The notes beneath the pieces were generated by a model. It saw only the letters and a program-made list of their open reading frames with translations. It did no database searches and had not been told where the DNA came from. Positions 54,961-64,000 of a DNA stretch of 64,000 nucleotides are shown here, in pieces (the first letter of the stretch is position 1; each line of letters starts with the position of its first letter). Made by a program: the position numbers and the translations under genes. Source of the stretch: Epiperipatus broadwayi (lineage: Eukaryota > Animalia > Onychophora); NCBI GenBank assembly GCA_028023455.1, contig JAQFVV010000006.1, forward strand, positions 18,352,001 through 18,416,000, read 5' to 3'.

Positions 54961-55914
54961 AAAAAAATAAAGTATAAGAATAAGAGTATACTGAGTGATT
55001 ACTATTATTTTAGTCCAGATATTTTGGATATATTTCAACTGCCGCCCAATATGAATAACTCACATTTGATGCTACTGTTTTTAAAAACATTGGTAATAAA
55101 AAATAGACTTTTAGTAGTGTCTAATACTGTCAGTACTGAGTTATTCTGATCAAGGTATGAATGAAATGTCAGTATTATTATTATAGTAAGCATCAGCTTC
55201 CATGAGAAATGCATAAGCATATATGGAAAGAATAGATATTGTAAAGATGGGAACAGTATCAAACTTATTTGCATGTAGATATTAATAAATAAAAAAAAGG
55301 TAAAATCAAAGTAGGTAATGTTAGATAATTTAATTATGAAGAATAAAGTTATAAAAGCTTTAGCTAAGTAGAGTGATTTACTGAAAGTAGATGATTATAA
55401 TTTAATTAATGACTTAGAAGAGTGATTGGGAGATTTCTTTAGGGAAAAAAGTATTGAAATGATAAATTTAATATTGCATGCAGTTATAGTGTTGTTAAGA
55501 CTATTTATTTACAAAAAGGACTTGGATACTGATGTTTGAAGAACATTTTGGACTTAGGAAGTGCACTGGTATTTCAGGTGAGTTTGAGTAATGATTATTG
55601 TTGAGAGATATGAAAAGTAGAAGAAAATTTAATATTTATTACATTAACTTTGAAAAAATATTTTATATAATAAATTTGGTTATTTTGTTGAATATTTTGA
55701 AGGATGTAGATATAAATTAAGAAAAAAAGATAAATGTTTGGCACTTTTTATATGAATTAGAAATTATAAATGCCAGTACTATTGAAATACTATGCATTAA
55801 TTTAAGATGAAAGTCTGATTTGTTAGATGTACTTAATTGCTATATAATAGAGTATAGAATATATATCACTATAAACTGCAATGTTAGAAAGACTTCATTC
55901 CATCATATCTTAGC

Positions 55915-56320
55915 ATTCATCATTATAATTTTTTACTATTATTGATCTTCTGCAGAATGAAGGTCTTTTCAAATTTAATCCAATAATCCATAACTTCTCC
56001 ATATTGCTCCAATAAATTTATTTTTTTCATTTATTTGTTTCATATGTGGTTTTTAAAATTTTTTTTTACAATGTCTTGAATTCACTTTAAAGCATCGATC
56101 AATTGTTCATCTATTATCTTCTAGTAATATGTCCACCCCGACTCCATTTCAGAATCTTAATCCTTTCGTTGATATCTGTTTGCACTCTCATTATTTCCAT
56201 CTCTCCTCATTAATCCCAACATGAATTTTTATATGCTTTATTGTGTGATCTGAAGTCTTGATCATTTTTTAAGAGTTCAAGTCTCAGATCCATAAACAAA
56301 ATCTTGTAAAATACATTTAC
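55915..56320 (-). mobile_element. Decayed RTE LINE 3' fragment
   Basis: Minus strand resembles YGSET..., MLGLMRRD, .KW.R.GGHITRR and WIKFEKTFILQ, with a TGA-like tail. Confidence 0.65.
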
Positions 56321-57174
56321 AAAAAACAAATTATCAATTAGTATAATCTATTTTATATAAATTATATTTTAAAATACAAAAGATATCATATGCTTATCTA
56401 TTACTTGCAGTGTTTTTTTTTTCTATGGATGAAAATATTCATATATATATATATAAATTTAAATAATTAGTACTTGATTAATTTTATTTTATATAAATCT
56501 CCCTAGAGTTGTTTTTAAAATAGTACCATAGCTGGGTCATTTACCAAAATTTGAAGGGAATAATGAATTGTATACAATATATGCCTGCAATACACTTTAA
56601 AGAGAGTGCAGACATTTTTCACGTACAGTATATGTATATATTACGTACATTCGTAAAAACATCGAAATTTAAAAATTCATTTTAATGCATCAACAAAGAA
56701 ATAATAGAATATTATATGTATATTTAGCATATATATATATTTAACATATACATTTTCAACTTGATTCAGTTTAAATTTATACTTACCTTTTTATTCTAAT
56801 TTTTCATTCTTTTTTTTATGATAAAAATGATTGATTGATTGAATGCCTAAGTGATATTAAATTCTTAAAATTCAAGCTGCAGTTGTTGCCTATAAAAATA
56901 ACAGCAGCCGTTTTCTTATGATGATTAGTAATCATAGAATTAGTTGTTGCATTTGAATTAAATAATTAAAATTTGGAGAATAATTTTATTATTATTAAAT
57001 TGTATTTCATTTTATATTTTTTAATTTATGAATATTCCCTATGTGGAAGACTATAAATACATCATTTGGGTAGCATTTTTTACTCTTAGCATTCATAAGA
57101 AAAATGTAAAAATCTACATAAACAAACTCTACATTTAAGGAGTTATTTTTTACAACTCTCACTAAATGACTTAT

Positions 57175-57505
57175 TCTCATAATCATAGCATTCGTGGCTA
57201 AAGGAAATTGAGAATTAGATTTGAAGTTACTTTTGAATATTAAATAATAGATTATCATAAAATTGAATTTTTAGGAGTAGATTTCCATACTAATGATGAA
57301 AAAAAGTAGTTACTACAAATGCCATTTTTTAGAGAAAGATTGCTAGAGTCCTTTTTATTGATGACATGATGATCTTTAGCTAATGACCACACTTTCATCT
57401 ACTCCTAAAAATTCAACTTTATGACAATCTATTATTTAATACTCCAAAGTAGCTTTAAATCTAGATCTCAACTTCGTTTACTCACATAATGCTATGATTA
57501 TCATA
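57175..57505. repeat. Fold-back inverted repeat (arms ~105 bp), possibly PLE-derived
   Basis: 57175-57282 is the reverse complement of 57397-57505. The outer ends carry CTATGATTAT, and the left arm on the minus strand reads ATGATTATGAGAATAAGT, like the 27.5-kb motif. Confidence 0.75.
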
Positions 57506-58045
57506 CTACTCAGTATTAAAAGCACTCAGCTTTAAATAGATTTTCTTTATTACAAATTCAAACCTGTTTTGTTATTTAAAATGGTTTAACATTTTTTGAA
57601 CCATTACAGTTATTGCAGAAAAACAGAGTAAAATAATCTATTCTAGGATTAAATATGTGATAAACAGCCAAAGGGATTTTTATTTAGGAAATATAGAATT
57701 AAGATTCATTAAATGTAATCACTTACTAAAAAATAACCAATGAAATATAAAAGAAAAGAACATAACTAAAAATCACAGTTTACAAAAAATATTCTCTTCA
57801 TTTCCCTCAATAATTATCAACATTCACACAGCTAATAGAATTTAAGAGATTATCAGAGGGTGGGCAAAAAGAGATGGCGTTTGAAAACAATTATTCTAAA
57901 ACTGCAGAATGTAGTCTTCCATATATCAAATTTTATGAGTTTTTTTTCTAATTAATGATTACATAACATCAAACAAATCTTAATTTTTATTTATTTAAAT
58001 AGAAAGTACTTGGGTGTATTTTACCATACATATGTAAAGTTAATA

Positions 58046-58539
58046 TATGCTTTCTTAAAACTCACTATATGTATTGCCACTCACTGCAAGCTAGAGTAAT
58101 CAATGGATGCCAGAAGGCTTGTGCTTGGTGATCATGTGATATTTATTGCCTTAAAACCAATCCTGCCTAATAGGATAGTGGTGGCTATGATTATTAAAGA
58201 ACCAAAGACACCAAAATGTGCAGGTACTGAACTGCATTCAGACCTATATCACTATATGAGCTAATGAGCTTGAATTGAAAATTTAAGACTCGTAGTTTTG
58301 TAATTAAGTAGAGATAAAAGATGGCTGCTGGAGGGTTGCATTAGATCGTAAGATCTAGGTGCAGTGCTCTCAGATCCATGGCTCCTCATTGACAAAGGCC
58401 ACAAGCCAGAAACTAGTCTGGGGATATTGGATGAGTAGGCACTAGATGGGGATTTTATGCACAGGCCTTCTGGCATCCATTGATTGTTCTAGCTTACAGT
58501 GAGTGGCAATACATATAGTCAGTTTTGCATGTTTTAATA
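58046..58539 (+). mobile_element. PLE remnant: short inverted pLTR piece, ORF end, then pLTR with HHR; 18-bp TSD
   Basis: Perfect direct repeat ACATATGTAAAGTTAATA at 58028-58045 and 58540-58557. Inverted arms 58057-58124 and 58459-58526. NP...DSGGY near 58155-58185 is like the Penelope LNRD.GG C-terminus. HHR motif at 58384-58423: CCTCA TTGACAA AGGC-cacaa-GCC A GAAA CTAG TC^TGGGG. Confidence 0.85.
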
Positions 58540-59044
58540 ACATATGTAAAGTTAATAGCTATTTGTTATAATAAATTATAATTGGTCAGTAAATCAAATG
58601 ATATGTTTAATGCTGTTTTTATAAAAGGTTAGATATATGAATGGAGTTTGGTTTAATATTTATGAGATGACAAATTAGTGTTCTTATGATAAGCTTGGAC
58701 ATAGCATTGGGGTGAAAATATTTATTGCATCAGATTTTCTGTTAATACAACAGTGTTGGGATACTCTAAATGATTTTACTACAATGTTTTGTAGAATTAT
58801 TGAAATTTATAAAAACTTTTGCAGTGAAGGTAAATATATTCAAAATAAAATAATCATTATAGTTGAAGATGATAAAAGAATAATATTAAATAGTTAGTTA
58901 CTTGATGATGGAAATAATAGTGATAATCAGATGAGATTTGGTTTGGCCAAAAAAGTTTAATGAAAGTATATTGTTGTTTTGCTGCATATTAAAGCAGTTT
59001 TAAGAAAGAAATTTGTTGAATATTTTATTTCTCAATATCGTTTT

Positions 59045-59330
59045 ATATGGAATAGAGATTTGGACAATTAGAAAATTTGGCTGATGAAAATATTAGAGTC
59101 CTTTTATTCAGATAGTCATAAACATAAAAGTTGGAGGGATATGATTAGCAAAATAGAAGTAAATAAATAGGATTTCTTATTAAGGGAATTATCAAATAGC
59201 AAGAGAATTGGATTGGTCATTTTCTTGGAGTAGAATAATAGGAAAAGACATGTTGAAAAAAGAGTAGGAATAAAAGAAAATAGAAGATTGATGAATTAAA
59301 AGAAGATATTAGAAGTAGTTGCTTTTAAAA
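59045..59330 (+). mobile_element. Very decayed RTE-like C-terminal fragment
   Basis: Reads YGIEIWTIR... and WIGHFL at plausible spacing. Confidence 0.4.
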
Positions 59331-59399
59331 AAGAACAACAAAAGTATAGGAGAATATAGTTATATTATTAAATGGAATGTTTTTTTTTTAATATATCAA

Positions 59400-59471
59400 A
59401 GTGTTGACCAGGAAGTGAACCCAGGCTGGCTGCTTGGAAGGCAGCTATGCTAACCACCAGGTCACCAACGC
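59400..59471 (-). pseudogene. Retroposed tRNA-Gly(TCC) pseudogene or tRNA-derived short retroposon
   Basis: The 72-nt sequence GCGTTGGTGACCTGGTGGTTAGCATAGCTGCCTTCCAAGCAGCCAGCCTGGGTTCACTTCCTGGTCAACACT aligns without gaps to metazoan tRNA-Gly-TCC, with the anticodon arm intact. The B box is broken (TTCAC) and the acceptor stem has a mismatch. An A-tail and an imperfect TSD are present. Confidence 0.88.
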
Positions 59472-62439
59472 TAGATTAAGTGGAATATGTTTTTCCACAA
59501 ATAATTAAGATTGGTACATTATATGTGGCTGCAATATTTTCGTTATTTTTGTAAATATAAATAAGAATTTATTAGAAGTGCTTGTTTTAAAAAAACTTCT
59601 TAGGAGACAGAAATATATTGTTATAACAATGTCTACTGAATCATTATTGGTTCTTGATTAACATATGGATGTTATTTTTTCGGAAAAACAAATCATCCAT
59701 TTATTGAATTTTATATAGCTGCTTAAATGCCTATTTGTTATTTTGACAATGAAATCTTTCTGTTTTGTTTTCATATTTAATATTTCTATTATGTTCTTTT
59801 TGTTTAATGAAAAAAAAATCAACTTGGTTATTTGTTTTTCTACAAAAGTTCAGGTGTGCGTTGATTTGGTCTCTTTCATACTCATACTATTTGCAAAAGA
59901 CAAACTCCAATAACCCAGTTTGAAATTTAAATAGTTTTCATATTTTTCTTTAAAATTCAACTTTAGTGGAAAATACTAAAGTGTACTTTTCTTAACAACT
60001 TTGATCAATGTTTGTTAGTTTGCAATGAGTTTTTTTAATGTTACATCCTTTATTATTAATGAATGTTACAAGGAGGTAAAAACTATTTATGATTGTTATT
60101 TTGAAGTCACTTGCTGATAATGTTGTCATAATCTTTTTTTGTACTTAACTTGAACCTCATTATTTTAGTTCTTTTACCCTTCCCAATAACTATCTTTATA
60201 TTTTTAAAAATAATTTAAGTATAAGTTGGTGCCTTTAAGTATTTATAAAATTGATCTTTTTTGTGTCAACATTGGATTTATATATGTTTTCCAAAAATAT
60301 ATTTCCTACCTTCTTATCTCAAAGACGATGTGTTTGTGCGTGTGTGTGTATTTGTAGTTTATGATTTGAAATTATGCTTAGTTGATTTAATCAACTATTG
60401 TCTTCTTTATTTCATACCGATTTTTCTCAATATTATCCTCATTAGCAGTCTTTCATAAAACAAAATATGATTATTTTAACTTGGAAAGCAAAAAAAAAAA
60501 GATAAAAAATAACAAAGAAAGAAAAACTGACGTTAACTATACTTCCCACATAATTAAAGTTTGGAAATGTAGTTAGCACAGGAAAATGACTGATGGCATG
60601 TGAGTTTTTGATCCTAAACCTAAGGTAAGTAGTGAAAGAATAAGCATTAGCAAATATTTAATACCATTTATGAGTACTTCATTTCATTTAAGGTTTAAAT
60701 ATCTATATAGTCAAAAACAAAGCATACATAAATCATCTAGCTTATACAACAGAAATCTATTCTAAGTTGCTTTTTTGTACAAAGTCATCTATATATAAGT
60801 TCAAAGCTATCAACGAATCCCTGGTAACAGTATTGTTTGATGCCTGTTTTATGCTATATTTAGATGTTAACAGTAAAACTCTAATTAAACGTAAACAAGA
60901 AAGCAAGAAAAAATAGAAGAAAATACAGTTAATAAAAATCTTTATGAAGATGGTTTGTTTAAGAGTTTTAATCAATAAATGAAAAAAAAAGCACACTTAA
61001 GACAGCAATTTAGGCATCTTAGCTCCAAAATTTGCCTTGACTTTATCACAAAGTTTTTTTATTAGTAGATAATTTGAAAAAGCATTATAACTAATGTTTT
61101 ATTTTTTATATACATATATATTCATTAATATGGAAATTTCAGGTTTGCAAATTTTAATTTTCTTGATATGCTATTTTATTGATATTGAAGTGTGAAATTC
61201 ATTTATAAAAAAAATGTTTTATACATATCCCTCACTCCCCTTTTTGAAGCTGTTTTTTTATTGGGGGGGAGGGAGAGAAACATTTTTTGTTCAAATAAAA
61301 TCTAAAAGCATAATTAGAAGAATTATTATTATCTGTCCTGCCTTTTTTTTTCTAGATAGATAATTAAAGAGAGAGTGATGAAATAGCTGGGAGTTAAAGA
61401 ATTTTTTCTATATTATATTAAATATAATATACTGGGAACTCTCTACTGATGGTGATGATGAATCTCGATTGAGCATTCATATATCTATTGTAACCTTCAT
61501 GACATAATTTACATATGTGGCTTTTTGTAAAATATAAATGCTTTTTTTATTATGTCTTTTAAAATGTTATAAAAGTCATATGGATAAAATAAATTATTAA
61601 CAAGTTAAAAAAAATATTATTAAATGACAAGGTTACTTAATTGTTCATGGCAATTATAACTGAAAATAGAATCGACTATTTTAAAATATCAAGTTGCTAT
61701 GCTAATTCAGTTGCAAAAGAAATGAAGAAAAAATCTCTCCGATTCTCGGTTTTTCAAACTAGAAGGGAAAAACTTTATTTTTTCCTTGATGCTGCTTATA
61801 GAATGGAAGCCAGGAAAATTTTCTTCTTATCTATGTTGATATAATGCAATTACAGGGCTAATGCTTCAGAGTGCTTCACCCTGAACTTTCCATAATGGAG
61901 CTATAAAAATGCTTTAATGGTCAACAGCACTCTGCCAACAACTGATTGTAGATGCTAAGATATACTACACTTAATTGTATAAGGAAACCTGTCATTCAAC
62001 TAATTATTTGTCAGAAGAAATAACTTACAGTAAATGGATTAATACATTCTATAGATTTGATTTCTTAGTCATAAAGAGCCACTCTTTTAAAAGGAACTTA
62101 ATGGAAATAAACCACTGATGGAAATATTAAATGACAATGCTTGTGGCTATATATCTCAATTTAAAACTATTCTATTGGAAAAGTAAGTTGAGCTCAACAA
62201 AAAACAAAATAGGGTACTTAATAAAACTGGTGTAATAATTTTTATGAATTATAAATAAAAAGATTTTCTTTCATGCATGTTCTCTATAATATGTTGATGT
62301 AAATATAAACTGTTATATTGTTTTTATTATATTTGTTAATTTAAATTATTGCTATAATAATTAATATGTTGCTTATATGTTTCTCATCTGAATTCCAAGT
62401 AGACTATTTTTTTTGTCTTAAAATACTATCTTAAATGTG

Positions 62440-62860
62440 GAGATGATAATTATCAGGAACCATGGCATGGATTTGCATCTGCTATCACTGCAGTAATATT
62501 TTTTGATATCAATGTTAATCAGTCTTGAAATTATCCCTTTATGTCTTATTGATAAAATTATCACAACATATATAATAATTTTTTAAAAATATCTACAATA
62601 TTTTAGTTGCTGGAAATTTAAAATTCCATGTTTAGCATGTAGATTTCTGCCATTATTCCTGTAATTTTACTTTAAAATTATTTTTTGTTTGATATCAATA
62701 TTAATCAATTTTAACTTTCAGTTTTTATAGATCATGGCTAAAATTATTACATTATACATATTTAGCAGAATAAGTTGTGGTTTTTTTAAAAAAAATATTT
62801 ACAACATTTATACTGTTAGAAATTTAGCGATTCCATGTTTGGCATTTAAATTTCAACCAT
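62440..62860. repeat. Imperfect tandem duplication, period ~190-205 bp
   Basis: TTTGATATCAAT.TTAATC, TTTTTTAAAAA.AT.TACAA and ATTCCATGTTT.GCAT.TA.ATTTC each occur twice in the same order. Confidence 0.6.
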
Positions 62861-64000
62861 TTTTATCATTATTTCACGTGAATTTTTGGTAGTTGTAACT
62901 TACACCACATGTGGCTGCTGGGTGATGCTGCAGTACTATCAACAACCAGTAAGAAGCCTGCAAGTGATAAAATTTTTTTTAAAAAAAATGCTGAAAACAT
63001 CGAAGGAACAAAAAATAAAAATAAAAACACTGAAATCATCGATGGAACAAAAAATGACCCCCTCCCCCACCAAATAAATTCCAAAACAAAAGTAGCTAAA
63101 ATGTACAAATTATTATGAGTAAATTGCACAATTCTTTCTGAAATACAACTTAAAAAAAAAAAAGAAAAACAAGAAAAGGTTATGAAATTTGAATTACAAC
63201 AGGAACAGTAAAACTTGGGTCACTTGAACATAGCCCTTTGTCAGAATGAATTTTATACCTTTTTGACATAACTCCTTGCCCCCCAAATATATGCATGAAA
63301 TATAAGAGTAAGCCATTTATTATATATATATAAAATATGCATTATGAGGATGAAATATTTTAGATGAAGCAAATTATCACATTGTAAGAAAATTTAAAAG
63401 CTTTTATATGTTAATATCTTCATGCTTTCACTTTCAAACACTTAAGATTCGCCCATACAAAAGCGTTTGGGTTCGAAAAGATAGATGGCCATTCTATCTT
63501 TTCCAAAGACTTTATCATGTGTTTGAAGTGTTAGTATTCATTCATTTTATAGTTAAAAGTCCAAAGCGCATGTGCAACAGTTTAATGCTGTTTAAATATT
63601 ACAGTTTGTAAAAAACATTACGCTATATAAAATAATTGACTTATTTACATAAATAAAATGCTTAAAAAAATAGGATAGTCATATATATAACTGGAAAAAG
63701 TTTTTAAAAAGTCTAGAATACACTGATGCCTACATAAGACAGATTTCCAAATTTTGGCGTAATTCCATAAATTAATGGTAGAATTGGAGTTAAGCACTGA
63801 TATTGTTTCATTAATAAATAAATTATAAAATTAACCTAAAAGAATTATTATTATATTAGCATAAATATATATTTTAGTATTTTTTGCATAATGATATTTA
63901 CATTGAGGAATAAATGAATTAGATAATGTGAAAAGGATTAACATCAAGAAAAAATAACTAACAACTCCCTCTAGCATATTTTAAGTTGATCAAAAAAATA

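Larger units (their letters stand above)
54781..54991. mobile_element. PLE-like fold-back with two intact divergent HHR cores and an 8-10-bp TSD
   Basis: Inverted HHRs at 54859-54893 (-) and 54925-54960 (+). T(A/G)AGTGATTA at 54771-54780 and 54992-55001. Left arm homologous to 46352-46428. Confidence 0.85.

Noticed and set aside
60594-60630. ATG...AAG|GTAAGT (MACEFLILNL) as an alternative first exon
   Set aside because: Phase 2 is incompatible with the myosin junction, and lone perfect donors are expected several times by chance.
61445-61480. CTGATGGTGATGATGAATCTCGATT as an HHR relic
   Set aside because: No stem II or GAAA in register. More likely a (TGA)n LINE-tail remnant.
62869-63129. 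Overlapping short ORFs in several frames
   Set aside because: Low-complexity A-rich sequence with a local duplication (CTGAAA.CATCGA.GGAACAAAAAAT twice), no splice signals and no recognisable domain.

Overview
This is a very AT-rich, CpG-depleted eukaryotic window, probably an arthropod (inference from composition, repeat content and the myosin-18 sequence). I see no prokaryotic features, CRISPR arrays or rRNA. The only host coding sequence I can recognise is one 177-bp exon (7764-7940, +) from the start of the myosin-XVIII (MYO18A/Mhcl-like) motor domain. Neither neighbouring myosin exon is visible, so the rest appears to be intron. The intron is packed with decayed mobile DNA: RTE LINEs, an RTE-X-like LINE, a Tx1/L1-like LINE nested in a TA-flanked MITE, a Buster/ZBED5-like hAT transposase relic, Tc1/mariner-type MITEs, a retroposed tRNA-Gly(TCC) and a possible gag-protease relic. 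The most striking pattern is at least eight short Penelope-like (PLE) remnants from several families. Most are long fold-back inverted repeats carrying minimal type-I hammerhead ribozyme (HHR) motifs, and some have target-site duplications (TSDs). One inverted pair has fully intact cores (54.86-54.96 kb). One family has AUGAUUA instead of CUGAUGA, an A3:U8 compensatory swap of the C3:G8 core pair. A CpG-retaining island at about 50.6-54.3 kb contains a candidate alternative first exon. All alignments were made by eye, so repeat boundaries are approximate.
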